In this document: positions 27,431 to 36,980 of the stretch, piece by piece
Layout of the letters: every line of letters starts with the position of its first letter
How positions within the stretch are numbered: the stretch's first letter is position 1
Source: a virus
Length of the DNA: 64,000 bases
IMG/VR virus record: IMGVR_UViG_3300021963_000041
Coordinates: 1 to 64,000 of that record
Direction: 5' to 3' (one strand)
Translations under genes and position numbers: made by a program
The notes under the pieces: model-generated
Database searches by the model: none
What the model saw: only the letters and a program-made list of their open reading frames with translations
What the model was told of the DNA's origin: nothing

Positions 27431-28026
27431 ATCTGGTTTGTCTTAAAAATTTTCATTTGTGTGAGGTCTGGCCAATCATTAACGGTCCATTGTACTGGCG
27501 TTGTTGCTATTGCTTGTGGCAATTTGTCTAAACCTAGCTGAGCTGTTTCTGGTGTCATATAGTAATGATAACCCATCGTATCTATATCTTGATCTCTCCA
27601 TAATACATCAGGCTCTCTCCCATCATACGACATTTTTTTCAATATTCTCGCAGCTTCTAGATTATCTGTTAAAATAATACCACCTCTACCGAGGTTGAGA
27701 TGCTTACGAAATTGGAAACTGACGTTCATAAACGTACCAGGAATGTAGCTATCCTTTTTCCACAATACTGCAGCATCAATGACATTGTCAGTGACGTAGT
27801 AATAATCAAGCCACTCCTCATTTCTCCACATCAAATCTATACCCAATTTATTTGCTAACATTGGAATCGATAGGTATGTGTGTTTTGGTACGTCTATTGA
27901 CTTAGCTTTGGTGTAGCGTAAGCATAACTCTACACCATGAGTACAGCTATCTATTGCGATTGCATAAGGAGCTCCGTAGAACTCTGCAATTTGTTTTTCA
28001 AACTCCTTTATAGTATTAAAGCTCAT
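27427..28026 (-). CDS. Truncated DegT/DnrJ PLP-dependent aminotransferase
   Basis: SCT, IDAA and SFQFRKHL..GRGG (catalytic Lys); only 199 aa. Confidence 0.8.
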   Translation of the reverse strand: MSFNTIKEFEKQIAEFYGAPYAIAIDSCTHGVELCLRYTKAKSIDVPKHTYLSIPMLANKLGIDLMWRNEEWLDYYYVTDNVIDAAVLWKKDSYIPGTFMNVSFQFRKHLNLGRGGIILTDNLEAARILKKMSYDGREPDVLWRDQDIDTMGYHYYMTPETAQLGLDKLPQAIATTPVQWTVNDWPDLTQMKIFKTNQI

Positions 28027-28546
28027 TTTCTAATATTTTTGCGCTCTCTAAAATTCTTTCTCGTTCACGAGGTTTGATTGGTCTAGCTGGACTGCCAGCG
28101 TATATCATCCAAGGTTCTGTATCCTTCGTTACTACTGAGTTTGCTCCAACAATACATCCTTCACCCAAAGTTACACCAGGAAGTACTGTACAGTTAACTC
28201 CTAAGGTGGCAAACTTTTTGAAGGTTATAGGTTTGTTGATCACAGTCCTATACTCAATAGGGACTACTGGTGAAATAAGACCTTGTGTAAAGTCGTCTGA
28301 AGCACATACAATACGACCACCTGATCCTATATTAGAGAAGTCCTCCATAGTCAGTAATGCACTTGCTCCTCCAATAATAGAAACGCTAGGAGCAATATGA
28401 ATATAGTTACCAATCTTTGCTTGAGTTGATAGGTACACCCACATATCAATTGCAACGTGGTTTCCAATCTCAACTAATTCCGGTCTAGTGATGATAGCCT
28501 GCTCATGCACTCTAACATCATAACCAATGTTCTTGAAATTTGTCAT
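28016..28546 (-). CDS. Hexapeptide-repeat acyltransferase
   Basis: Left-handed beta-helix repeats, VLPGVTLG..VGANSVV, AGSPAR. Confidence 0.88.
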   Translation of the reverse strand: MTNFKNIGYDVRVHEQAIITRPELVEIGNHVAIDMWVYLSTQAKIGNYIHIAPSVSIIGGASALLTMEDFSNIGSGGRIVCASDDFTQGLISPVVPIEYRTVINKPITFKKFATLGVNCTVLPGVTLGEGCIVGANSVVTKDTEPWMIYAGSPARPIKPRERERILESAKILENEL

Positions 28547-28550
28547 AAGT

Positions 28551-29498
28551 TTATTTTTGATAGTTTACCAAAACTGATCCCCATGTCCATCCAGATCCAA
28601 TTGCTGTAAGCATAATCTTATCTCCAATCTGAATTTCGCCGTTATTTAGAGCATCTTCCAAAGCAATTGGAATAGATGCACCGGCAATATTTGCATAACG
28701 ATCCATTACAGTCTTCACCTTATTCATAGGCAATCCGACCTCTTCTGCGACTATTTTGAGAATGTTTATGGATGGTTGATGTGGCACTAGCATTGCAAGA
28801 TCGCTTGCTTGTAAGTCTGCTTCTTGTAGCACATCTTTGATGGATGGTGGTAACACTTTGATTGCTTGATTCCACACCTCCTTACCTCTCATTACAAACG
28901 GCTTATCTAGGGATAGATTGAAACCGGTCATTCCAGTTCCATTACCATTTGCTTGGAGTTGTGTTACAATATAACCTTCCTCAGATGAGCTCAACACTAC
29001 TGCACCAGCACCATCTCCAAAGAAGACACAATGCTGATCATTCCAATTGGTTACCTTACTATAAGCTTCTGTAGCAATTATCAATATATTTTTACAAGCT
29101 CCTGAGCTTATTAGAGGTGCTGCTATAGACATAGCGTAAACAAAACCAGAGCATACTGCGTTTATATCAAACGCTGGTACATTCTTTTCAATATTCAGTT
29201 TATTATGAATGATACACGCCGTACTTGGTGATATCTGTTCTGGGCTTGATGTGGCTACAATAATCATATCCAAATCTTCCTTAGATATGTTGGCGCTCTC
29301 TAAAGCTCTTACTGCCGCTTCGTAACCAATAATTGAGGGTGTCTCTTGATCAGACGTAACTCTCCTTTCTACGATTCCCAACTTAGATTGTATCCACTCA
29401 TCTGTTGTACCAACATTTGCTTCAAGCTCTTTGTTTGTAACGATCCTAGATGGTAGATAGGAACCTACACCTTTAATTGTAACCCTTTCATGCTTCAT
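28551..29498 (-). CDS. fabH: 3-oxoacyl-ACP synthase III (KAS III)
   Basis: Cys-His-Asn triad (AVCSGF, PHQPS, YANIAG), FGDGAGA, G.G.TWG. Confidence 0.92.
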   Translation of the reverse strand: MKHERVTIKGVGSYLPSRIVTNKELEANVGTTDEWIQSKLGIVERRVTSDQETPSIIGYEAAVRALESANISKEDLDMIIVATSSPEQISPSTACIIHNKLNIEKNVPAFDINAVCSGFVYAMSIAAPLISSGACKNILIIATEAYSKVTNWNDQHCVFFGDGAGAVVLSSSEEGYIVTQLQANGNGTGMTGFNLSLDKPFVMRGKEVWNQAIKVLPPSIKDVLQEADLQASDLAMLVPHQPSINILKIVAEEVGLPMNKVKTVMDRYANIAGASIPIALEDALNNGEIQIGDKIMLTAIGSGWTWGSVLVNYQK

Positions 29499-29499
29499 A

Positions 29500-29910
29500 C
29501 TAGATGAATGTTTTGTCTAATGATTGTCCTTCATATGGACCAGTTTTATATTCGTATACTAATGTGTTATCCTCTTGAATCTCGTAATTGTGACCTCCTT
29601 CCAGAGTAAATGAAGCGTCGCCTGGATATAGGATTGGTGTAGCAATGATCTGATCATCTGTATCGTAGAAGATACATTTTACACTTCCTTGGATAACAAT
29701 CCAACTTTCCTGAGCTATCACATTGCGTGTACGCTCTTTCCAGATGTGCTTATGTGGTTTGAAGGTTTTACCCTTCTCCATATTAAGCAAAGCACACTGG
29801 ATGAAGTGATCCTCAGGGACCACTTCAACTCTTCCAGGTGTTAAGTCTTCTTTTCGAACAATTACGTGTAGTAATTTATCTGGATTAACTTTGCTATATA
29901 TCTTCTCCAT
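29500..29910 (-). CDS. WbuC-like cupin
   Basis: PHKH, QE...V..G, GGH and YEYKTGPY motifs. Confidence 0.75.
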   Translation of the reverse strand: MEKIYSKVNPDKLLHVIVRKEDLTPGRVEVVPEDHFIQCALLNMEKGKTFKPHKHIWKERTRNVIAQESWIVIQGSVKCIFYDTDDQIIATPILYPGDASFTLEGGHNYEIQEDNTLVYEYKTGPYEGQSLDKTFI

Positions 29911-31055
29911 TACTTTGCAAAAAACTCTTTAATCTTGTCACAAACGTAATCAACATCTTCAATAGTCATACCATGATGCGCTCCCAATAAGAATCCATTT
30001 TTCATGATAGTGTCTGAGTTTTCAAACTCTTGTAAGTATTCACGATAGACAGGATGTCTTGTAACATTACCTGCAAAGGTAACTCTCGTTTGTACTCCAT
30101 TCTCCTCTAAGAAGTGTAGTAGTTCGTATCGTTTGTTAGACTGTAATGGGATTGCTAACCAGTTTGGTTTAATAGAATCATCAGGTAATACTAAATCACC
30201 AACACCTTGCAAGTTTTGAATATAACGCTCTACATTTGCTCTGCGGATTCCTTCAAACTGCTTGAATCGTTCTAATTGAACTAGACCAAATGCTGCATTC
30301 ATCTCAGAAGACTTAAAGTTGTATCCTAACACTCCATATAAGAACTTGTGGTCATATGGAATACCATCTACACTGTGGTTGAAGCGGTCTGACATAATTT
30401 CAGAGTTATCACCCATTCGTCCCCAATCTCTAAACTGAAGACAAACATTACGTAACTTCTCATCGTTGAACATTACCATACCACCTGCACCACCTGCTGT
30501 AATAACGTGACTTGCGTAGAAGCTTGTTGTAGCAATATCGGTCTCTGCTGTGTGAGTTACAGTGTCTGCTGAGTCTTCAATTAGAATAATATCCTCACGG
30601 CCCATTGCAACCAAGCCATCCTTCAACGCTTTCCAGTTTGGTTTGTTTCCAATTAAGTTTGGAATCATAAGAACCTTAACCTCATCGGTTACTGCTGCTA
30701 ATACCTCATCTACCTGAGCAACATAGTCATCTAATCCCACGTCTACAAATACTGGATCTAATCCCAACTGAATAATTGGAGCGAGTGTTGTAGAGAATGT
30801 GCATGCAGGTGTAATGACCTTTGTTCCTTTTGGAAGTCGCAAGCTAGCTAACGCTAGTAAACATGCAGAAGATCCTGAGTTAACAAACACACCATACTTC
30901 TTACCGAAGAATGCTGCTACCTTTTCTTCAAATTCAATTGATCGAGGACCGAATCCGGCTAACCAACCAGAACGTAAACACTCCTCAACAGCCTTAATTT
31001 CTTCTTCCCCATAAGACTCAAATTTATTAGGGGCATACCAAATTTTCTTTTCCAT
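29910..31055 (-). CDS. His-type DegT family sugar 3-dehydratase (RfbH/ColD-like)
   Basis: NSGSSA, IEDSAD, SFYASH (His in place of Lys), FRDWGR, YDHKF..LGYN. Confidence 0.82.
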   Translation of the reverse strand: MEKKIWYAPNKFESYGEEEIKAVEECLRSGWLAGFGPRSIEFEEKVAAFFGKKYGVFVNSGSSACLLALASLRLPKGTKVITPACTFSTTLAPIIQLGLDPVFVDVGLDDYVAQVDEVLAAVTDEVKVLMIPNLIGNKPNWKALKDGLVAMGREDIILIEDSADTVTHTAETDIATTSFYASHVITAGGAGGMVMFNDEKLRNVCLQFRDWGRMGDNSEIMSDRFNHSVDGIPYDHKFLYGVLGYNFKSSEMNAAFGLVQLERFKQFEGIRRANVERYIQNLQGVGDLVLPDDSIKPNWLAIPLQSNKRYELLHFLEENGVQTRVTFAGNVTRHPVYREYLQEFENSDTIMKNGFLLGAHHGMTIEDVDYVCDKIKEFFAK

Positions 31056-31095
31056 AAATGTTTATTTCTAATAATATACCTAATATTGTCGACAA

Positions 31096-31728
31096 TTACA
31101 ACGTATTATAGTAATTGTTTTGCTTTTCTTGTTTCTCAATCGTCTTTGGGTGATACAAACAAAAAGCTTGAGTATCAGCTGGTAGCATTGTATATGTTTT
31201 GAATCCCTCAAGTTTTTCGTGGACCTTATTGATCCACTTAATCTCTGGTTTGTTTTTCCAAATCCTCCACTGATAATCTGGCCAGTTGATATGCCCATTA
31301 GCCATCACATGCCAACCCCATTTCTGAACATGCTCTTCAGTCAGTCCCTCTACCGTATTAGCACGAGGTACCAAGTAAACCTCAGTATCTGGATTAAGTT
31401 CTAGTACATCAGGAAGATGACTGATCAACAACTCATTAGGTATTTCGTCTGCATCAATCTGAAAGATATAATCTCCTTTACACGATTTGGTAAGAAGGTT
31501 TTTCCAGTCAGCAAAGTGATTGTCAAAGTTGTTCTCGGATAGAGTAATGTAGTTACTGCTACTCAGTCTATGTAAGTAACCTAGCAACTCTGATGTTGGT
31601 TCGTTCTTAGTCATATCAACTAATACTACTATCTCATCCTGCGGTCTTTTGTTTTTTAATAAGAATGTAATGAGTCGTTGGATTTCAACGAACTCATTGC
31701 AAACTGTAATAGCGTAACTTATTCTCAT
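31096..31728 (-). CDS. Glycosyltransferase, GT2 family
   Basis: YIFQIDADE, WPDYQ.R and VHE motifs. Confidence 0.88.
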   Translation of the reverse strand: MRISYAITVCNEFVEIQRLITFLLKNKRPQDEIVVLVDMTKNEPTSELLGYLHRLSSSNYITLSENNFDNHFADWKNLLTKSCKGDYIFQIDADEIPNELLISHLPDVLELNPDTEVYLVPRANTVEGLTEEHVQKWGWHVMANGHINWPDYQWRIWKNKPEIKWINKVHEKLEGFKTYTMLPADTQAFCLYHPKTIEKQEKQNNYYNTL

Positions 31729-31729
31729 G

Positions 31730-32200
31730 TTATTGTATAAATCCTAAAAATTTACAAGCTGTATAAAAATTCTCAGATGCAAACATCTGTCCTTGACTCA
31801 TGTCAACCCTTCTAGCGTAAAACTCTCCTGGTTGACCTGGTACTGGATACTTTTGCTTATCTTCCTCAGGAATCTCTACAGCAGGTGCTGCTCTCCAACC
31901 CCAACTCTCTTTACTAGTACCATCTGGGAAGATGATTCCGTATGATGGAAAGTTGAGTACAACTGGGTACCATACTAAATTTGTCTTTGGGTCTACCCAA
32001 CGCAAGTCTTTGATCAATTCAGCTGTACCCTCTTCAATTCGCTGAACCATTGCAGAACCTTCTATGTTTAGAGTTGAGGTTGTGTAACCACACTCTAGAC
32101 ACATAGAACTATCTACGACTGTTCCGTCAGGTATTTGCTCCACTTCTGTAAAGCATTCGTGTGATCCGCAATGCGGACATATTACTTTAATAGGCTCCAT
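31730..32200 (-). CDS. Zinc-ribbon protein (start revised to MEPIK)
   Basis: CPHC...CLEC. Confidence 0.65.
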   Translation of the reverse strand: MEPIKVICPHCGSHECFTEVEQIPDGTVVDSSMCLECGYTTSTLNIEGSAMVQRIEEGTAELIKDLRWVDPKTNLVWYPVVLNFPSYGIIFPDGTSKESWGWRAAPAVEIPEEDKQKYPVPGQPGEFYARRVDMSQGQMFASENFYTACKFLGFIQ

Positions 32201-32420
32201 ATTGCAATGTGATTGACGTTCCGTTATTAAGTTCCACAATATCTCTCAGTATCTTATAGGCTTCCGAGTCACTATAGACTTCGAAGCGGCTGTAAGATTC
32301 TTCGTTTTCAAGCTTTTCGAATCGAAATTCCAAATTGCGAGATGTGAGTTCCTGAATAAGGAAAGTGTGTGAAAACGCTGAGTGCGTAATCAAATTGTAG
32401 CGGATGTGTTGATTATTCAT
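32187..32420 (-). CDS. Hypothetical protein
   Basis: 77-aa ORF overlapping neighbours. Confidence 0.55.
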   Translation of the reverse strand: MNNQHIRYNLITHSAFSHTFLIQELTSRNLEFRFEKLENEESYSRFEVYSDSEAYKILRDIVELNNGTSITLQYGAY

Positions 32421-33726
32421 TTTCTACTTTTTTAAGTTTAGGTAATTCAATTTTCTTTAATGTTGGAAGTTTTAATCCAACGTTTTGTGCAAACTTAACA
32501 TGCTTTTCCATAAGCTCACTCAGTTGTGTATCCATGTTAGCTAAGCTAAAGTTTGTCTTTGTGAAATATGCCTGCTTCTTACAACTATCTTTATAGTTTT
32601 TAGGGTTTTCAAACACATCACGCATAATATTCACTGCGTAACCATAGTCTACAGTAAACCATTGTGACTCTTGTAAGATGACATCTTGCCAAGCAGCAGA
32701 TGGATGTACATTAGTCAATTGTCCAGGAAGTAAAACCGACTCTTTTAGGAAGTCAATATGTCCAGACCAATTAGGAGCAATTACTGGCTTCAATGATAAG
32801 CTAGCTTCTGCTAATGGTCTTCCAAAACCTTCACCCTTAGTAAAAGTGATGTGTGCTTTGATCTTTGGATGATTGTATAAAGAGTTCATTTCTTCATCAG
32901 TAAGATCACCATGAATTAGATATACATTAGGTGTATTAGTAGATTTTACTGATTTGATAATCTGATTAATCTTGTTAAATATCTCTTCACGATCAAGTGG
33001 ACTAAAGTCTGCTGATGATGTTTTTAAAACCAATGCTGGTTGATTCTTTGGCATCTTATTCTTGAATGCTTCCAAGAAGGTTCTAATCAAACCGGATACA
33101 TTCTTACGATCCTCACCAAAGTCTCCTTGCAACCAGTGACCAACAAATAAGAATGCAGAATCCTCTTTAACTTCTTTCAACTGATCATCCACAGTCTTGT
33201 TGATCTTGTTAGTACTTTGGTACACATCTAAATCGACACCTTCAATCAACACTTCAATTGGTGTTGTTAGCTTTAATTCACCCTCCGGCTGCTTTGTTTG
33301 TTGGTTATGTCGCATCCATACAGACTCTTCTAAAACCCTTTTAGAGTGCTCAGATGAAGTCAACACTAAATCCATTCTGTTACATCCCTCAATCCATGGA
33401 GCTGCTGCAATTGTTGTTTCAATACCAGCTGTGATACCAATATTATACTTACCTAGACGTTGAAACTCATTAGGTACTGTAATTTGGATAAAGATGTCTG
33501 GTTGGGTTGCTAATTGAGGTTCTGTCAATAAACAATTCAAAATTGCTTGATGCTTTTCATTGTTTGGATCGAGAGCATTCATTGGAGTTCCTCCCCAACG
33601 AGTGTTCCAAATCTTAACATCATACTTATCTGATTTGATAAGTGAGTATGCTATGTCTCGTGATCTCGCTCCGTAACCTGATAGCGTGGCAACTGGTGCC
33701 ATTAATAATAAAACTGGCTTATTCAT
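32413..33726 (-). CDS. Glycosyltransferase, GT4 (GT-B) family
   Basis: SGYG, RKN..LI..F and EGFGRPLAEA motifs. Confidence 0.88.
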   Translation of the reverse strand: MNKPVLLLMAPVATLSGYGARSRDIAYSLIKSDKYDVKIWNTRWGGTPMNALDPNNEKHQAILNCLLTEPQLATQPDIFIQITVPNEFQRLGKYNIGITAGIETTIAAAPWIEGCNRMDLVLTSSEHSKRVLEESVWMRHNQQTKQPEGELKLTTPIEVLIEGVDLDVYQSTNKINKTVDDQLKEVKEDSAFLFVGHWLQGDFGEDRKNVSGLIRTFLEAFKNKMPKNQPALVLKTSSADFSPLDREEIFNKINQIIKSVKSTNTPNVYLIHGDLTDEEMNSLYNHPKIKAHITFTKGEGFGRPLAEASLSLKPVIAPNWSGHIDFLKESVLLPGQLTNVHPSAAWQDVILQESQWFTVDYGYAVNIMRDVFENPKNYKDSCKKQAYFTKTNFSLANMDTQLSELMEKHVKFAQNVGLKLPTLKKIELPKLKKVENE

Positions 33727-33729
33727 AAC

Positions 33730-35220
33730 TTATAGCTTAATGCTGATTCCCGATTTCTTGTTGTTAAATTTATTGACTTGATTCTTCACATTGTAAATTG
33801 TAAAGCGTTTTGGTGGTGTCCAGTTTTGCATGACTGTATCAACACATTCTGCAAATTTATTAGACATCCTCTCAGCTGTAAAGCCAGACTCAGTGCTAGT
33901 AGCCCATTCACGACCAGCATTGCCACATTTCTTACGGTCAGCTGGTGACATCGAATACCAATACATCATAGCTTCTGCTACATCACGGATATCACATCTG
34001 TCATCGAAGATATACGGAGTAGGGATAGAGCCTTGTAGATTGATTGCTGCTGGGAATACTGGTTTAACCCAAATACCACACTTAGTATACTTACCTCCGT
34101 GGTTAGTAGCAAAACTTTCATCAAACTTAATCCAATTACCATCCTCATCCTCAAAGCGACACTGATCTTGTAGACCTCCAGTTACATTATTGATTAGTGT
34201 ACGTCCGGTCATTAAAGCTTCTGTACTACTCAATCCCCATCCCTCATTAGAAGCAATATTGATTACTGTATCACAACAATTATACAATACATTCATATCT
34301 TCTGGTGATAGTCTTGCATCTGTGATTAAGATTTTATCCACCAACTCTGGGCAGATAGCATCAATCACAGCTGGTAAGTCTGTACCATTCTCATCGACTG
34401 GTTGAGTATGTAATACAAAACGTACATCATCTACAAAACCTGACTCAGTCATTTTATCATAAAACATCTTGAAAGCTAAAATAGCATCTGATGTCATCTT
34501 ACGACGAATGTTTCGGTTGTTGTAGAACACTACATAATCAGGATTAGCTTCACCAAATAGTTTCTTACGCATCTCAACTACACGGTCATCCTCTCTATCG
34601 ATTGGATAGAACACTTCGTGATTGATTCCGTGAGGAACGTATGAAGTCTTTGGTAGTGATTTAGCAATCAACTCATTAGCCGGCTTAGTGTCTAGGTCGA
34701 TATAATTCCCTTCACCCAATACCAATTTAGCAATGTTATCTGATTGCTTACTAATACCCATCAACAAGTCACAAGACTCGTAGTAAGGGCGATTGTAGTG
34801 TGGAGCTGGAAGATCGTCCCAAATGTGATAATAGAAGATTGGAACTCGCTGTCTCAATTCTGCTGACATACGATATAACCAAATCCAGTAACGTGGATCA
34901 GTAAAGTGTACAATAGCATCTACGCTATGACGCTCAATGATCAATCGTACCAAGTCTGGATCACCATATCCGTTTGTTGGGTATATTAGGACGCTCGGGT
35001 CCTCAATATTGAATTGCTTGCCAATCTCTTCGCTAAGATCCATAATCTGACCAGCTTCTGGATGTTGAACTGCTCCACCAACGTGGACGAAGTTATAGCG
35101 ATGTGCATTGCCTAGAATCAATTCTCGCGTCATTGTACCGATACCGCTAGGCAAGCGCATATCATCAGCAAGAAATAAGATCGTTTTTCGATCTGCTTTT
35201 GGGATGTAACCTTCTCTCAT
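33730..35220 (-). CDS. Glycosyltransferase, GT4 (GT-B) family (start revised to MREGY)
   Basis: VPHGI, RNIRRK, EGWGLSSTEA and TGGLQD motifs. Confidence 0.88.
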   Translation of the reverse strand: MREGYIPKADRKTILFLADDMRLPSGIGTMTRELILGNAHRYNFVHVGGAVQHPEAGQIMDLSEEIGKQFNIEDPSVLIYPTNGYGDPDLVRLIIERHSVDAIVHFTDPRYWIWLYRMSAELRQRVPIFYYHIWDDLPAPHYNRPYYESCDLLMGISKQSDNIAKLVLGEGNYIDLDTKPANELIAKSLPKTSYVPHGINHEVFYPIDREDDRVVEMRKKLFGEANPDYVVFYNNRNIRRKMTSDAILAFKMFYDKMTESGFVDDVRFVLHTQPVDENGTDLPAVIDAICPELVDKILITDARLSPEDMNVLYNCCDTVINIASNEGWGLSSTEALMTGRTLINNVTGGLQDQCRFEDEDGNWIKFDESFATNHGGKYTKCGIWVKPVFPAAINLQGSIPTPYIFDDRCDIRDVAEAMMYWYSMSPADRKKCGNAGREWATSTESGFTAERMSNKFAECVDTVMQNWTPPKRFTIYNVKNQVNKFNNKKSGISIKL

Positions 35221-35282
35221 GTTGTTTTTAGATATAACTTTAATATAACAAATTTTATAGTGGTTTCCCACTTTCATTCAAA

Positions 35283-35708
35283 TTATCTTGGTCTTCTATT
35301 GCAATGTTTATCACCAGTCAAATAAGGCTTACGACAAGTTGTACCTTTAACATGGAATCGTCCACAACGACCACAACAAGTGCTTAACGGATTAGGCTTT
35401 GATTCGTCTAAGTCCTCTTCCTCATCATCTTCCTCTTCTCTCTCGTGACCACAATCTGCACACCCTTGATGTTGACCACCAAACATATGCTCATCGTATA
35501 CTGCATTAATGTAATCAGCAGACTTTGTGATCTTCGATTGCACCCATCCCTCTAGTTGAGTGATACCCTCCTTTTCAAGATGATCAGCTAATTGCTGTGC
35601 TCTTTGAGCAATTGATCGCAAATCTGTAAGTGCCATTGACACTTCATGGTCATCATGCTGCTGTTGAGGATAACCTGTAATGTTTTCTAGAAGTTTTCTG
35701 AGTTTCAT
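35283..35708 (-). CDS. Hypothetical virion-associated protein with Cys-rich tail
   Basis: MKLRKLLE start, WVQSKIT..ADY, acidic run, CCGRC..H...C. Confidence 0.6.
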   Translation of the reverse strand: MKLRKLLENITGYPQQQHDDHEVSMALTDLRSIAQRAQQLADHLEKEGITQLEGWVQSKITKSADYINAVYDEHMFGGQHQGCADCGHEREEEDDEEEDLDESKPNPLSTCCGRCGRFHVKGTTCRKPYLTGDKHCNRRPR

Positions 35709-36118
35709 TATTTATATTTTCTATTGTCAGCCCAATCTCTGAACATCATGTTACCACGTAAGTATGCATCCTCTTCCAACTTTCTTAAATGATCGTTATT
35801 CTGTGCATACTTTGGATCACTCGTATCACCTACTAACTCCATCTTCAATAAACCATTCATATTCTGATCATGGTGAATCATCTCATGAGCAAAGCTGCGT
35901 AAGATGTCTTTGATGTGTCTTCCGTGAGTGTATAGTGTAATCGACTTTTCTACTGGACTATAGTGTGCAGTAGGGTTGAACATTGGTTGTTCTATATCTT
36001 GTGGTTGCTTGTTGAGAATGACTCTAGGTGCAGGGTTAACGGATACACCGTTACTTCCCATGTACATAGTCAAGTCACCAAGACACTCACGTAATATGTT
36101 TAATTCTGGATCGGTCAT
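35708..36118 (-). CDS. Zincin-like metallopeptidase
   Basis: HEMIHHDQ plus downstream E.DA. Confidence 0.7.
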   Translation of the reverse strand: MTDPELNILRECLGDLTMYMGSNGVSVNPAPRVILNKQPQDIEQPMFNPTAHYSPVEKSITLYTHGRHIKDILRSFAHEMIHHDQNMNGLLKMELVGDTSDPKYAQNNDHLRKLEEDAYLRGNMMFRDWADNRKYK

Positions 36119-36130
36119 TTGATATAAATA

Positions 36131-36550
36131 TCACGGAGTTAGAATGATCGCCTTTTTTCTAGCCTTTGTAAGCTGTTTAATTAAGTTAACAACCTTCTTA
36201 TCTGTCTGATTTGTGTCATCAAATACAACACACTTATTCACATATTGACAAAAGATTGTATTTCGTGTAAACATATTTTTATGGCTATAAGGTTGAGCAT
36301 AATAACCCTCTGACATTAAGCTGTACAGATTCTTATTTGTATGTGGTGCGTTCATCTCACGATACGTGTAACCTAACTCCAGTGCATACTTCTTTACATA
36401 CTTATCTGCTCCATGCAAGTCTCCCAAACCAACTATCACTAGTTCATCTTCTGGTGAGACATGCTCCTTCAACTTATGTATAAACGTCTTGATAATTTTC
36501 TTATTCTCAAACGTCTTTGTTCCCGTAATTCCTATTACTAGCTTGCTCAT
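36131..36550 (-). CDS. SLOG/YspA-like (DUF2493) protein
   Basis: IGITG...F, GAD...YA and RN motifs. Confidence 0.6.
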   Translation of the reverse strand: MSKLVIGITGTKTFENKKIIKTFIHKLKEHVSPEDELVIVGLGDLHGADKYVKKYALELGYTYREMNAPHTNKNLYSLMSEGYYAQPYSHKNMFTRNTIFCQYVNKCVVFDDTNQTDKKVVNLIKQLTKARKKAIILTP

Positions 36551-36980
36551 ATAAATCTAGAACTGTATAACCTAATAAATTTTGTACATGACCTGGTTCA
36601 AAGCTTGGCCATCGCCATCCCGATTCCCAACCCTCTTCTTCAAAAAACCTCACTACCTTTAACCACTTGTTGCGCCAATAGTCTCGTGGATAACAATCTT
36701 CCCAACTCATCAATGCTCCATTGAATAGGAGACAAAAGTCTAAAGCCAATCCATAATTGTGAGCACTATAGCCACCCCTCTTTGTTGTTTGGAGTGGTCC
36801 TGGAGCAGTTCGTCCTAACCGAAACAACACATCTTGCTGTTCTACAGTACGACTACCCCAAACAACATAGACTGGGATCTTCTCTTTATGGCAGCGCTCA
36901 AATACTCTCGTTGCTGATGGAATCAACTTAGTGTTCAATGTATTGATTCGCTGCATTGAAACATCTAACAACGTACTCAT
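36507..36980 (-). CDS. M15 L-Ala-D-Glu peptidase (endolysin-like)
   Basis: R..EQQ..L, SAHNYGLALD, W.SG..W and E.GH motifs. Confidence 0.88.
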   Translation of the reverse strand: MSTLLDVSMQRINTLNTKLIPSATRVFERCHKEKIPVYVVWGSRTVEQQDVLFRLGRTAPGPLQTTKRGGYSAHNYGLALDFCLLFNGALMSWEDCYPRDYWRNKWLKVVRFFEEEGWESGWRWPSFEPGHVQNLLGYTVLDLYEQASNRNYGNKDV

